Of a stretch of DNA of 64,000 nucleotides, positions 29,734 through 41,467 are shown one piece after another. A program made the position numbers and the translations under genes. Positions within the stretch are counted from its first letter, which is position 1. The number at the start of each line of letters is the position of its first letter. The DNA is taken from IMG/VR virus record IMGVR_UViG_3300037307_000400. One strand, 5' to 3'. The notes under the pieces are model-generated. The model made no database searches, had not been told where the DNA came from, and saw nothing but the letters and a program-made list of their open reading frames with translations. The stretch is from a virus.

Positions 29734-29881
29734 GCGACGACGTGCGCAGCGTGCTGACGATGCTCGGCCTGTGGGCGTTTCTCGCGGCACTGTCCGTTGT
29801 GGGCCTCCGGGGGTGCTCGGACGCCGATTTGGCTTGCATAGGTATGATAACGGGAGTTATAGACACTTCTCGAGGAGCCCC

Positions 29882-30667
29882 ATGAACGCGACGTCAAAGG
29901 AGCAAATACGGGTCGTCTGCTGGTTCTCGTGCGGTGCCGCGTCAGCGGTCGCGGCCAAGCTCGCGCTCGCGAAGCACCCGGACGCGGTCGTGGCCTACTG
30001 CTGGGTGAAGGAAGAGCACCCGGACAACATGCGCTTCCTGCGGGACTGCGAGCGCTGGTTCGGGCGTGAGATCACGGTGCTGAAGAACGAGAAGTACGAA
30101 GGCAGCGTGGACGTGGTCAACCTCCGCAACCGCTACCTCGTGGGCCCTGCGGGCGCGAAATGCACGAAGGAGCTGAAGAAGATCCCGAGGGAGGCCTTTC
30201 AACGGCACGACGACCTGCACGTCTTCGGTTACACCGCTGAAGAGCAGGAGCGTGTCGACAGGTTCATCGACGCCAACGCAGACGTGCAGCTCTGGTGCCC
30301 GCTCGTGGACGCGGGCCTCGGCAAGAGCGACTGCCTCGCGCTCGTCGAGCAGGCGGGCATCGAGCTGCCGGCGATGTACCGGCTCGGCTACAACAACGCC
30401 AACTGCATCGGGTGCGTGAAGGGCGGCGCGGGGTACTGGAACAAGATCCGGCGGGACTTCCCGGAGCGGTTCGAGCAGATGGCGAAGATCGAAGAGCAGC
30501 TCGGGCGAACGGTCCTGCGCCGCAACGGACAGCCGTACTCGCTGCGCATGCTCAAGCTGGACGAGGGCCACCCGGTCAAAGACCTGCCCGCGTCGTGCGG
30601 CATCGCCTGCGAGCACCCGGACGTCATGCGGAGCATGGGCAACACCTGGGAGGACGAAGAGCCGTGA
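29882..30667 (+). CDS. PAPS-reductase-like (adenine nucleotide alpha hydrolase) protein
   Basis: WFSCGAAS PP-loop, EHPDN, FGYT.EE, NNANCIGCVKGG.GYW. Confidence 0.8.
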   Translation: MNATSKEQIRVVCWFSCGAASAVAAKLALAKHPDAVVAYCWVKEEHPDNMRFLRDCERWFGREITVLKNEKYEGSVDVVNLRNRYLVGPAGAKCTKELKKIPREAFQRHDDLHVFGYTAEEQERVDRFIDANADVQLWCPLVDAGLGKSDCLALVEQAGIELPAMYRLGYNNANCIGCVKGGAGYWNKIRRDFPERFEQMAKIEEQLGRTVLRRNGQPYSLRMLKLDEGHPVKDLPASCGIACEHPDVMRSMGNTWEDEEP

Positions 30668-30802
30668 TCGCGCTCACGCTCCTGACGCTCGCCGCGCTCT
30701 CGATGTCCGCGGTGTCCCTGCTCCTCTCAGCGCGCCTCGTCGGCGAGCTGGATGCCCTGCGTGAGCAGCGGCGCGCCCTGAAACCCCAGAAGGACAAAGA
30801 CC

Positions 30803-31729
30803 ATGAGTGAACTCGAAGACCCCAACGTCGTGCTGCGCCGCGCTCTGAACATCGACCCGAATGCCAGCCTTGAAGACGCAGTCGATGCCGTGCGCCGTCT
30901 GCACGCGGACATGCTCAACATTCGAGCTAACACACAGCAAGCTCACAAGCTCGCGCGAGAAGAGCAACAGCTCGCAGACCGCGCTCGTGATGAACTGAAG
31001 GGCTTGCAGCGGGTCATCGCAGAGCTTGAGGAAGCGAGGAAGGGAAACGTACAGCTCGTGCAAGTCGTGGCAAACGGGCCGCAGCAGTGGCGTTGCTCTG
31101 GTTGCGGGAAGTCTTTCGAGGGGGCCAAACCGTCACCGAGCAAGTGGCACACGGTGAAGGACTGCCTGGACTACCAGTATGCGAAACACGCGGAACGCGA
31201 GGAGGCGGAGGAAGAGAAGGAGGAGAGCGAGGCGGCCGAGCTGCGCGCAAAGATCGAAAGTCAGCAGGCGTTCGAAAAGAGGCTCAGAGAGAGCAACGAG
31301 AGTCTGGTGCAGAGACTGACGGCCACACAGCATGAGAAGTACAAGCTCGAGAAGCAGGTAAAGCTGCTGAAGAAGGCTGCCAAGGCTGCCAAGGCTGCCG
31401 AGGCTGCCAAGGCTGCCACAACAGCCGAGGACAACTCCGAAAGCCCTGCTGTCTCGGCAGTACCGGAAAGCGGGGCGCAAGCCGCAATCGCCCAGGTCTG
31501 CGACGAGCTGAAGGCGATGCTGCTCGAGAAGAACCGGGCCTACGGCAACTCGGCCCTCGAGCCCGTGCGCGTGTTCTCGCAGGCGAGCCCCGTCGAGCAG
31601 CTCCTGGTCCGGCTCGACGACAAGCTCTCGCGGCTCGCCCGCGGGTCTGGGGCGGGCGAGGACGTCGTGCTCGACCTCATGGGCTACCTCGTGCTGCTGC
31701 GCGTGGCGCAGAAGAGGGGCGCTGTGTGA
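30803..31729 (+). CDS. Coiled-coil + Zn finger + DUF1599-like nucleotide-modification-associated domain
   Basis: CSGC..H..C; C-terminal KNRAYGNS..VRLDDKLSRL..EDVVLDLMGY. Confidence 0.7.
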   Translation: MSELEDPNVVLRRALNIDPNASLEDAVDAVRRLHADMLNIRANTQQAHKLAREEQQLADRARDELKGLQRVIAELEEARKGNVQLVQVVANGPQQWRCSGCGKSFEGAKPSPSKWHTVKDCLDYQYAKHAEREEAEEEKEESEAAELRAKIESQQAFEKRLRESNESLVQRLTATQHEKYKLEKQVKLLKKAAKAAKAAEAAKAATTAEDNSESPAVSAVPESGAQAAIAQVCDELKAMLLEKNRAYGNSALEPVRVFSQASPVEQLLVRLDDKLSRLARGSGAGEDVVLDLMGYLVLLRVAQKRGAV

Positions 31730-32427
31730 ACATCGAAACGAACTCACAGAAGGAACGAACAATGGCGAAGACTAAGAAGACCGAGAAGACCGAGAAGACC
31801 CCGGACCCTCAGGGCCAGGAAACACTGCTCCGAGAGTACAGCGCGTGGTTCAGCGCTGAGCAGCAAAAGCTCGAGACGCGCCGCCTCGCGGACCTGATCT
31901 CGACGACCGCTCGGACGTACTCGAACTGCTTCGAGGAGGACGAAACCTTGCGGCCCTTCGACGCGCTCATCGCCGCGACCCTGACGCTCGCCCAAGTCGA
32001 GCAGTGGCGGTTCGACCGCGACTTCTACGCAGAGCCTGCGGGCAGGGCTCGGGTACCGAACGTCGTCGGGGAGTCCCGCGAGAAGTCGATCCGACTGGTT
32101 TGCACGACGGACCAGACAATTCTGCGGGGTGTGCTGACCCAAGAAGGGCTCGCGTACTCGTGCATCGGGGATGCTCCCGGAGACGTCCAGCCTTACTTCA
32201 GCCCCCTGCACGAGATCTTGGCAGCGGGGGTTCAGCGCGGCGTGCTCTCGGCGGCGTTCGACGCCTCACGCGGGACCATGCAACTCAGCATCAACCAGGA
32301 CTTCAAGTCGGACGGCATCCAGCAGCTCCTCGAAGCGCTCAAGGCCCGCGAGGCGGGCGACACCAACCACCCAGCGTGCCGAGCCTACGAAGAGGCCCTC
32401 ACCGTGTGGCTCGGAGAGCAGTCATGA
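31726..32427 (+). CDS. Hypothetical protein
   Basis: Coupled ORF; alternative start at 31762. Confidence 0.55.
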   Translation: MNIETNSQKERTMAKTKKTEKTEKTPDPQGQETLLREYSAWFSAEQQKLETRRLADLISTTARTYSNCFEEDETLRPFDALIAATLTLAQVEQWRFDRDFYAEPAGRARVPNVVGESREKSIRLVCTTDQTILRGVLTQEGLAYSCIGDAPGDVQPYFSPLHEILAAGVQRGVLSAAFDASRGTMQLSINQDFKSDGIQQLLEALKAREAGDTNHPACRAYEEALTVWLGEQS

Positions 32428-33788
32428 CAATACTAGCGTGCCCGCACTGCGGGAGCATCACTGAGGTCCATGCGATCAACTGCCCCCAGGCAGGCTTCGC
32501 AACCTCGTGCCCCAAGTGCGGGGCATTTGGCCACGACGTCCACCACGCGTTCTGTCCGATGCTCAAGGAAAGGCCCCCGCTCATTCCGGTCACCGAGAAT
32601 GGTCTGCACCTCGTGCTGCACCGCATTTTCAAGGAGAATGCGGAGCTTGAGCAGGAGTGCGACCGCCTCCGCTCGGAGCTGGAGGAGACGACCGAGCGCT
32701 TGGCGAAAGAGCGAAACCAGAACGGCGACCTTGTTCTGGAATTTGGTCGCGCCGTCCACGAGAAGGAGGAGCTTGAGCAGGAGTGCGACCGTCTCCGCTC
32801 GAAGCTGGAGGAGACGACCAAGCGCCTGACGAAAGAGCGCGACCAGACCGCGACGGAGCTGGCCAAGGAGTTCGCGGACGAGCACGCCCAGACAGAGGCG
32901 CTCAAAAAGAAGTGCGAGCGCCTCAAGGCACAGCTCGACCTCAAGGCGCAGATCGCCGGCACCGATTTCAAGGTCCGCATCGACTCGCCGTTCTTCACCA
33001 GCGTGCGGAGCATCCTCAACTTGAGTCAGGACAAGAGCCCCTCGGACACTCTCGATGCACTGCGCGAGCGCGTCGCGAAGGGCGACCTTCTCCGCTCGGA
33101 GCTGGAGGAAACGACCGAGCGCTTGACGAAGGAGCGCGACCAGACCGCGACGGAGCTGCCCATGTTCCTCGCCGAGCTTGCCGAGGCTCTCGGAATCGGC
33201 TCACCGTACAGCTCGGAGGGTCTGCTCGAAAAGGCCAAGGAGTTCGCGGACGAGCACGACCGGGCCGAGCGCATCTTGGGTAAGATGCGCGACTATCTGC
33301 AAGGCGAGGAGGAAGGCGACCTCTTCGTCAGTCTGAAGTGGCTCTACGAGGACGCCACAAGGCACTCCGAGTTCTTCGACAGCGTGCGGGACATCCTTCG
33401 CCTGAGTCAAGACACGAGCCCCTCGGACACTCTTGATGTGCTGCGCGAGCGCGTCGCGCAGCACGAACTCCGCCGCTCGAAGCTGAATGAAACGTCCAAG
33501 AAGCTCGCGGACGAGCACGACCGGGCAGAACGCCTCTTGCGCAGGCTCAGGTACCAACTAGACGGCGAGACGGAAGAGCAGCTCTTCGACAGCCTGAAGA
33601 AGCTCGCCGCAAGCGCCGCCGCCAACGCCGAGTCGCTTGCGCGCCTCAAGCTGGTCCAGCCGTCGGAGCCCGCGCTCTTGCGCGGCGTACAGGAGGCCCT
33701 CGGCCTCGGCCAGGGGCGAGCGCCGAATACGCGCTCGCGGAGCTGCGCGAGCGCATCGTCCCGGACGATAGGCCGCGCGTGTTCGTGA
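32424..33788 (+). CDS. Zn-finger coiled-coil protein with internal repeats
   Basis: CPHC, CPKC; repeats of ELEQECDRLRS.LEETT.RL, FADEH and SPSDTLD.LRERVA. Confidence 0.7.
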   Translation: MTILACPHCGSITEVHAINCPQAGFATSCPKCGAFGHDVHHAFCPMLKERPPLIPVTENGLHLVLHRIFKENAELEQECDRLRSELEETTERLAKERNQNGDLVLEFGRAVHEKEELEQECDRLRSKLEETTKRLTKERDQTATELAKEFADEHAQTEALKKKCERLKAQLDLKAQIAGTDFKVRIDSPFFTSVRSILNLSQDKSPSDTLDALRERVAKGDLLRSELEETTERLTKERDQTATELPMFLAELAEALGIGSPYSSEGLLEKAKEFADEHDRAERILGKMRDYLQGEEEGDLFVSLKWLYEDATRHSEFFDSVRDILRLSQDTSPSDTLDVLRERVAQHELRRSKLNETSKKLADEHDRAERLLRRLRYQLDGETEEQLFDSLKKLAASAAANAESLARLKLVQPSEPALLRGVQEALGLGQGRAPNTRSRSCASASSRTIGRACS

Positions 33789-35195
33789 TGCATTACAAAG
33801 TGCCCGGCAAGCGACGACGCACGGAGTACGTCGATCTACGAGGGTTCGTGTCCTTGAGTGTGGTCCTGCCGGATGACTCCGAATCCTTCGCGGTTCTGGG
33901 GTTGAGCGGTGGCCACTCCATCAGCATCCCCGTTGAGCAGGTTCCGGCACTGCTGCGGGCGCTCAGCATCAAAGTGGAGGAACCCAAATGAACTGTGACG
34001 AAATGATCGAAGCGTGGGATCGCGGAGAACTCATCACGACCCTGGAGATGGGAGGGCTCGGCCCCGGTTACGAGCAGGCCATCCAGTACGTCGCCGTGGA
34101 GTTCGCTCGGGCCACCAAGGGGATTGACCCGGAGAACCTCACGGAGTTTCGGCAGGCGTGTGATGCCGCGCTGTCTCGTCTGGACGAGGACTACAAGGGT
34201 ATCACGGGCGCCATGTTCGGGGCCGCTGAGTGGCTCGCGGCGTACTGGCGAAAGCACGGCCCTGAGACGCTCATTACAGAGGCGCGGTCGAACGGAGAAG
34301 GTGCCAGGGTCATCTTCGCGAAGAAGTCCTTCCCGTGACCGAAAACCGCAAGCTCGCCTACCTCCTCTTGCTGGATGACTACACCCTGCGCCGGAGCGAG
34401 GACTACGACACCCGCGAGCTGGACAAGCTCTGGTGGGACATGACCGACACTGAACGAAGAGAGATCGAGGAGCAGTTAGTGATGGACAAGAAGCTCGCGC
34501 AGGAGGCGCCGCAGTTCGACCTGGAGAAGTTCGCGAAGGATGCTCCGCAGTTCGACCTGGAGAAGTTCAAGGGGCTGTTTCCCTACTCAGTGACTCTCCG
34601 GTACGACGTCGATGGGCTCTCGGTGAACACCTCGGAGGGCCACGTCCGCGTGCGGCTTGAGCCGGGCGACTCCGAAGAGGAGGTAGCGCGGCTGGTGTTC
34701 GCCACGCTCGAGGACTTGCGGCACGCGCACGCCGAGGAGTCTGGGGCAAGTCACCCGAGCCCGACCAGGCTCGACCCCCTTGAGAGAGCGATGAGAAACC
34801 ACCCGACCGCGCTCGAGGCAGAGGCTGAGGCACGAGCCCGGGCCGAAGTGGAGCAGCGGTTGACTGCCGTCGCCGTGACACGGGCCCAGGCCGCCGCCGA
34901 GAAATGGGGCCAGTCCAAGAAACGAGCCGCAGCACAGAAACGGGCCACAGCCCTGAGCCGCGAGCGGGTGCGCCTGCAACTCCAGGCTGCCATCGACCAA
35001 GCGCTCAAGCTGGAGGACCCCCGCAACACCCGAGTGCTCGACGACTCTGAGGTCATCCTCGACGAGCCCCCAGATCCTGAACTCTGGGAAGCCGCGATGC
35101 GCCACATCGCGCGCATCACCCGGGCGCTCGAGCAGTCTCAAGCGGAGTGCGCAGACCTCGCGCGAGCGCTGAAAGAGCAAGGGGCCAAGCCATGA
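33788..35195 (+). other. Three coupled hypothetical genes (33788-33991, 33988-34338, 34335-35195)
   Basis: ATGA/GTGA overlaps; the third has a tandem APQFDLEKF duplication. Confidence 0.6.
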
Positions 35196-35653
35196 GCGGC
35201 AAGCAGGATTGGCAGACGCCGCCCGAGTTCCTCGACGCCGTTGAAGGACGCTTCGGGCCCATCGGGTACGACCTTGCGGCGAGCGAGGGTCAGCAAGTCT
35301 GCCCGTGCTACTTCACGCCGGACGACGACTCGCTCACGCAGGACTGGACCTGGCTGCCGGCGAACGTCGCTTGGCTCAACCCGCCCTTCGCTGACATCCG
35401 GCCCTGGGTGGCCAAGGCCGCCGAGTGCGCCGAGCTGGCCCGCTGGACGCTCGTGCTCGTGCCCGCGTCGGTGGGCACCGGCTGGTGGCGCGACCACGTC
35501 CTGGGCAAGTGCATGGCGTTCGGCGTGCCGCGCATGACCTTCGTCGGCGCGTCCGCGCCCTACCCCAAAGACCTCGCGCTGCTCGCCTATGGCTACGGGG
35601 TCAACGGGTTCGGCCACTGGGACTGGCGCTCGCAGGAAAGGAAAGAACCGTGA
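35192..35653 (+). CDS. Phage N6-adenine DNA methyltransferase (Dam-like)
   Basis: DWQTP..YDLAAS..DSL..W..WLNPPF..W. Confidence 0.88.
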   Translation: MSGKQDWQTPPEFLDAVEGRFGPIGYDLAASEGQQVCPCYFTPDDDSLTQDWTWLPANVAWLNPPFADIRPWVAKAAECAELARWTLVLVPASVGTGWWRDHVLGKCMAFGVPRMTFVGASAPYPKDLALLAYGYGVNGFGHWDWRSQERKEP

Positions 35654-35855
35654 CCACGCAAGAACTGAACACCATCGGGCAGATCGCTCTCTTCGCTATG
35701 ACTGGAGGGCTGATCGGATGGAGGATCGGGTCGTGGCTTGGCGCCCTGCACGACCGCAAGAAAGAGCTGTAGGAGCAACTCGCCGCAGCGCAGGCCGCTA
35801 ACCGGAAGCTCGATGAGCGGCTTCAGAACGCACTCATGCAGCTCGGAGGCGAGTC

Positions 35856-38824
35856 GTGAGCAAGCCTGTCCGGTTTCGCTTCGAGTCGCTGTCGGCCGAA
35901 CGGGCGCATGTCGCACAGACCGCGGCATTCATCTCGGCTCTCGATGGTCCCAGCCCCGTGAAGCGCGCGCGAAGGGCCGCGAGGCTCATCCTCCACTGGT
36001 GGGCCCGGGGCCACCACCCCGCGCGTCACGTCCTCGCGTGCTGGGTGTGTGCCGGCACCGGGGATGGGGGCTGCGACCGCTGCTCAGGCACGGGTAGGAT
36101 CTCGCGCACGGACTCGGAGCCCCGATGACTCGCAGTCGTTGGCAACGGTACCTGGACACGCTGGGCTGGTTCGACGTCTTGATAGTTCTCGTCATGGCCG
36201 TCGTCGCGGTGGTGCTTTGCTTGGCGCTCTGGAACATCTTCGTTGCGTGGCCTCTGTACGCCGAGGAGCACCACTGCTCGCGCACCGGAGCATCCCGACA
36301 CAGCACGCACACGAGGTGTAACCTCGTTGGCAAGATCACGGTCTGCCAGCCTTACACAGTCACTCACTATGAGTGGCTCTGCGACGGCGGAGAAAGGGTA
36401 TGGCGATGACGAGCACGATTGACCGACGCAACTTCCAAGCGGGCGACCGCGTGTACTGCGTGGCCTACGACGAGGAGTGGCTGCTCGCGCTCGACGAAGA
36501 GCGGGGGCGCGTCGTGCCGGCTGGCTGGCCGATGGCTCGCGTGGACTGGCAGCACGTCACGCTCGTTGAGGCGTCGACCGAAGAGGGCCGCCTTACGATG
36601 CTGCGCGAGGTCGCCGAGTGCTCGTGTCCGTACCGCGCGCCGATTGCTCGGCGGCAACTGGAGTCGCGATGAGCGCCGGATTCAGACGACGCGCCCTAAC
36701 CTGGTTCCAGCGGAAGGGTGCTCCGTACTTCCTGAGATGCGGCGGTTGGTTTTCCGGCGCGTGTTACAGAGCGCACTCGAAGGCTATTGTTGCCTATCGG
36801 GTTGACTGTCCAGGAGGCTGGGTCTGGTGGGCGCGCGGGCGCATGGGCGAGGCCCGGAGTCTGCACGAGGCGAAGGTGGCAGCCGAAGCGGAGTTGGCGA
36901 AGGAGGAGCGATGACACCAGGATGGCGGTACACGGTAGACCGGCGCAAGATCACGGGTTCGGCAGATGCTGTGGCAGAGTTCCTGGCAGTGGGCGACCGT
37001 GTAAACGAGGAGCTGGAAGCACGAGACAAGCTAATCGAAGATCTGACAGCCTCGAGCCTGGCGCAGCAGGAACTGATCTCGACACTTTACTCTGAGCTTT
37101 CCAAGGAGCGCCTGCGCGGCATCGAGTACCTGCAAACGCTGGGGGCCTCGGCTGAAAAGCGTGCCGACGCCTACTTCGAGGACAAGATAGCCCTCATTCG
37201 AAGAGTTGGGGAGCTGGAGTCGGCTCTCCTCAGAATCGCGAAACGTGGCGACGAATCCACATACCACGAAGCACGAGCTATCGTGGGCCTGACACCAACG
37301 GAGGAGCAGTGAACATGAAGAAAGTACTAGCAGAGATCCCGATTACAGGGCGCCTGGTGGTCGAGATCGAAGTCCCCGACGATGCAACGGAGGACGACAT
37401 GTTCGAGGCCGCCACAGAGAAGTACGCTACAAGCCCCGACGAGACGGACCTGGAGTGGGAGTTCCACTGGTGTGTCACCGAAGGGAACGTCTTCCACGGC
37501 CTGCTGAACGAGGCCTCGTTCGAGGTGGTGCGCCGTGACTAGCTCAGCCAAACGGCTCGCAATCGTTGAGCTGCTGAACTTGCACACGCAAGAGATCCTG
37601 AAGCGCGCGAAGGAGTGCCGCGGTGAACCCCTCCTGGTGACGTTCACCGGCAACACGCTCGACCACATCGATCCTCTTGCGCATGCGCTCTTCGGCTGCC
37701 TGCTCACGGCGAGCGCCTCGGAAGAACTCCAGATCTACGATGTGCTGCACCTGCTCGCCCATCTTGTCGAGGAGACTGCTCGCTCGATCCCCGGGGACGA
37801 GTTCCAGCGCACGACCATCGTTGCCTACATGGCTTTCGGAGACGAAACGACAGAGTCCGTCGAGGTCGATTTCGGGGTCATGAGCTACTGCGCCCCGCGC
37901 AACGAGCACCTCTACAACTGAAGGGCACCATGAACGGAGCGTACAACGAAACCTACGTCCTCAACTGCCTGCTCGGCATCGCCGCCTGCGTCGCGCGCGT
38001 CGTCGAAGAGGGCGAGCCCCTCGACGCCGAGAAGCTCGAGTACCTCCGCGTCCACCTGAACAGCGTCCGCCACGAGCAGCGCAAGCTCAGCGTGTACTAC
38101 GACAGGGACCTGGGCAGCAGCGTCACCACAGTCCGGGTCGAACCCAAGGAAGAGAACCATGCCTGAACTGAAGCCACCCTACTTCGTCCAAATCGGAACC
38201 CGTCGCGTTCGCCGTCTCTGCCAGTGGGAAGACGGCATGGCGACCTACAAGCTCGCGAAGAACGCGACGCTCGTCCGCGGCATCGACGGGCTCTGGTACG
38301 TTCAGCCGAGCATGCAAGTCATCTCGCGGCGCCGGGCCTTGACGCGGGCCTTCAAGAAACCAGAGACAGCAGCTCGAGCCTTCCTGCGAGATCGACTGCG
38401 CATGTTCGAGAGAATGCAGCAGAGCGCGATCAAGTCCCACGCGAAGCGCGAGCGAGATCTACGCAAGGCAATCCCACTGGAGTGACTCATGGAAAAGTCC
38501 ACGTCCGAAAGCTGCTCCCCGCACGTCTACGAAGACGGCGCGCCCCTGTCCGACGGGCAAGCCGGACGCCTCGTGCGTGCCTGCCTCGACTGCAAGCAGA
38601 AGTTCGTCGGCCACATCTGGCAGCTCACCTGCCCGACCTGCACGCCGCCCCCACGGACGTGCAAGCGCAGGCGCTCCTGGAGCCCCGAGCAGATCCAGCA
38701 AGTGCGTGAGGCCTACGAAGCGGGCACCCCGCTCAAGACCGCGTGCCGCATGTTCGGGGTGCGCGACACGACCGCGCTCTACTGGGCCAAGCAGCTCGGG
38801 TGGCGCAAGCCCGAACCTCGGTGA
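35856..38824 (+). other. Array of about ten small coupled hypothetical genes (35856-36128, 36125-36409, 36406-36672, 36669-36914, 36911-37312, 37309-37542, 37535-37921, 37930-38166, 38159-38485, 38489-38824)
   Basis: Stop/start overlaps throughout; 36125 has a TM, 38489 has CxxC pairs plus an HTH. Confidence 0.6.
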
Positions 38825-38864
38825 CGGGTTGACTGGTCCACTACAAGTCGGCTACCACCCTGCT

Positions 38865-39458
38865 ATGCAAACACTCAGAATCATCCTCGCCGCCGTTCTG
38901 CTCACGAGCCTGACCTGGGCCAGCACCGAGCCTCACGTCGCAGCACTCCACGAGCTGCTCTCGAAGCTGCCGCGGTGGCACGAGGACACCACCGAGCCCG
39001 ACGAGGCGCGCGCCGAGCGCCTGCGGACCATCGCGACCGCGCAGGTCACCGCGACCGGCGGGGACGTTCCCGCCGCCGTGTTCCTCGCGACGGTGAGCTG
39101 GTGGGAGAGCCGCCTCGCCAAGCACGTCCACGAGGGCGCCTGCCGCCCCTGGGAGTGCGACCGAGGGCGCGCTCGAGGCCTCGCTCAGGTCCAGCTCGCC
39201 TCAGGCGTCGACCGGGACCTCTGGGAGCGCTCGAAGGGGACGGACTACCCCGCGACGCTCGCGAGCATGCAGGCTGCCCACTACGTCTACTCCCGCGCCG
39301 TGCGAGCCTGCGGCCCGAGTATCGGCGAGGAGCACCGGCTGTTCGCGTTCTACGCGCGCTCGCGGTGCAACGCGGAGTACCCCGACGGGCGGGAGCGCGC
39401 GGCCTGGTACCGAAAGAAGCTCGCGGAGTACCGCGGGCTGCTCGAGGCCAAGAAGTGA
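38865..39458 (+). CDS. Secreted lysozyme/SLT-like protein
   Basis: Signal peptide MQTLRIILAAVLL; WESR..GLAQVQ motifs. Confidence 0.6.
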   Translation: MQTLRIILAAVLLTSLTWASTEPHVAALHELLSKLPRWHEDTTEPDEARAERLRTIATAQVTATGGDVPAAVFLATVSWWESRLAKHVHEGACRPWECDRGRARGLAQVQLASGVDRDLWERSKGTDYPATLASMQAAHYVYSRAVRACGPSIGEEHRLFAFYARSRCNAEYPDGRERAAWYRKKLAEYRGLLEAKK

Positions 39459-40369
39459 CCGTTCTCGCGCCCGTCTACCCAGGGCTGCCCAACGTCTCGG
39501 GCGCGAACACCGACACTCAGCTCATCGACCTGTGGCTGCGCGGCAAGCGCAGCGAGCACACCAAGCGGGCCTACAAGACCGACCTGCTGCGGTTCGGGGC
39601 CTTCCTCGAGACGCTGCCGCTCGAGGCCGACGAGGACCTGCCGGCGCGCCCTGAGGGCCTGCGGGGCACGACGGCGCAGCACGTCCAGCTCTTCGTCGAG
39701 CACTTGCAGGCCGAGGACGCGGCGCCGGCATCGGTCCGGCGCCGGCTCAGCGCGCTGAAGTCGCTGCTCTCCTACGCGCAGAAGACGGGCTACCTCCAGT
39801 ACAACGTCGGCGCGGTCATCCAGGCGCCCGAGGCGCACCACCGGGTGACGGACCGCATCCTGTCCAAGGAGCAGATCCAGGCGATCTTGAGCAACGCCGC
39901 CGGGCGCGACCGAGCACTCTTGCACTACATGTACTACTCGGGGGTGCGCATTTCGGAGGCAATCAAGCTCCGCGTTCGTGACCTCTACCGGCCGGACGCA
40001 GAGCACCTGACCGTGACCGTGGTCGGCAAGGGCAACAAGCAGAGGATCGTGCCGTTGCCGGTCGAGAAGCTCTGGCCGGTGCTCGGGCCCTTCGTCGAGG
40101 GGCTCCCGCCGGGCGCCTGGGTGTTCCCGGGGCGCAAGGGGCAGCACCTGTCGCAGGGGCGGGCGTACCGGATCGTGAAGATGGCGGCGAGGCTGGCGCG
40201 GTGCCCGGACGCGAGCCCGCACTGCCTGCGGCACAGCCATGCGAGCCACGCGATCCGCAACGGGGCCCCGGTCCACGTCATCCAGCAGACGCTGGGCCAC
40301 GCCAGCGTCGCGACCACGAGCGTGTACCTGCACGTCGAACAGGGCGAGTCGAGCGGAATGTACTTGTAG
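39455..40369 (+). CDS. Tyrosine recombinase (XerC/D-like)
   Basis: SAM-like N-domain; RD..Y.SG.RISE, GKGNK.R, HCLRH, LGH, VY catalytic set. Confidence 0.93.
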   Translation: MTVLAPVYPGLPNVSGANTDTQLIDLWLRGKRSEHTKRAYKTDLLRFGAFLETLPLEADEDLPARPEGLRGTTAQHVQLFVEHLQAEDAAPASVRRRLSALKSLLSYAQKTGYLQYNVGAVIQAPEAHHRVTDRILSKEQIQAILSNAAGRDRALLHYMYYSGVRISEAIKLRVRDLYRPDAEHLTVTVVGKGNKQRIVPLPVEKLWPVLGPFVEGLPPGAWVFPGRKGQHLSQGRAYRIVKMAARLARCPDASPHCLRHSHASHAIRNGAPVHVIQQTLGHASVATTSVYLHVEQGESSGMYL

Positions 40370-40404
40370 GAGTCGGCTGTACCGGAGTACAAGCGGAGAA
40401 CAAC

Positions 40405-41202
40405 ATGGCGTTCGTGAACGGGATCCTAAAGGCGCCGGAAGTCCAGCAGGTGCCGACCGCATCGCACGGCGGTCCGATCACCCCACACTTCATCGTCTGG
40501 CACTACACAGCGTGCAGCGCTGCCTCGGCGCGCGCCGCGTTCCTGTCGCCGCGGCTGAAGGTCAGCGCGCACTTCATGGTGCTCGAGGACGGACAGATCG
40601 AGCAGTTCGTCTCGTGCGACCACGCAGCGTGGCACGCGGGCAAGTCCTCGTGGGACGGCCGCATCGGGATGAACAACTTCTCCATCGGGATCGAGCTGGT
40701 GAACCCGGGGCCGCTCCAGGGCGAGCCACCGCGGTCGCTCTACGGCACCCGGCACGAGGGCGAGGTCGTCACGCTCGCGAAGCCAGGGGGCGGCTCGCAG
40801 ATGTGGGCGGCGTACCCCGAGGCGCAGCTCCTCGCGGCGGACTGGCTCGCCGAGCAGATCTGCGGGGCGTACTCCATCGAGGCGATGCTCAGGCACAGCG
40901 ACGTCGCGCCGAACCGCAAGATCGACCCGGGGCCTGCGTTCCCCATGCAGCGGTACGCGGTGCTGCTCGAGAGCCGGGAGGGTGACTCGACGACGGACCT
41001 CGACGAGATCTTGCCACACACCAACATCCGCACCACACCGGGGGGCAAGATCCTCATCACAACGAAGGATGCTCGCATGCCCTGCACCTTCTGTGACTTC
41101 GCGGGCGACTGGGCTCGCGTCAAGTTGAGCTTTCCCGACAAGGACGACGGCTCGAAGATCAAGGACTACTTCGTGTACGTCCACCGCTCGAGGCTCGTCT
41201 GA
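40405..41202 (+). CDS. N-acetylmuramoyl-L-alanine amidase (Amidase_2) with SH3-like C-terminus
   Basis: HYT, SAHF, AWHAG, SIGIE, HSD..K.DPG. Confidence 0.92.
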   Translation: MAFVNGILKAPEVQQVPTASHGGPITPHFIVWHYTACSAASARAAFLSPRLKVSAHFMVLEDGQIEQFVSCDHAAWHAGKSSWDGRIGMNNFSIGIELVNPGPLQGEPPRSLYGTRHEGEVVTLAKPGGGSQMWAAYPEAQLLAADWLAEQICGAYSIEAMLRHSDVAPNRKIDPGPAFPMQRYAVLLESREGDSTTDLDEILPHTNIRTTPGGKILITTKDARMPCTFCDFAGDWARVKLSFPDKDDGSKIKDYFVYVHRSRLV

Positions 41203-41467
41203 GGCGCGCGGCGCGCCGACCAAGAGTTAGCATCATGTTCTGTATACCGAACAAGGAGAGACGACCGTGACTGAAGAGCTGGAGCTGGAGTTCGTGCCGT
41301 CGTCGGCCCTGCCGACCAACGAGCAACTGCAAGAGGTGCATGCGGCGCTTGAGGCACTCGTCTCGCGCCAGCGAAAGACGTGCGAGTACTGGCTCACGCC
41401 AGACTCGGGCGAGAGCAACTGAACAACACAGGAGATAGGAAAATGAGCAAGGCGAACCCGAGCCCGC

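Noticed and set aside
29836-29865. Sigma70 promoter before the PAPS-reductase-like gene (TTGCAT..TATAGA)
   Set aside because: Spacing is 18 nt and an alternative TATGAT box gives no matching -35; too ambiguous to call.
38577-40404. Long N-terminal extensions of track ORFs 38577.., 38975.. and 40201..
   Set aside because: They overlap upstream genes and read as low-complexity GC frames; coupled or SD-supported starts at 38865, 39455 and 40405 fit the domains.
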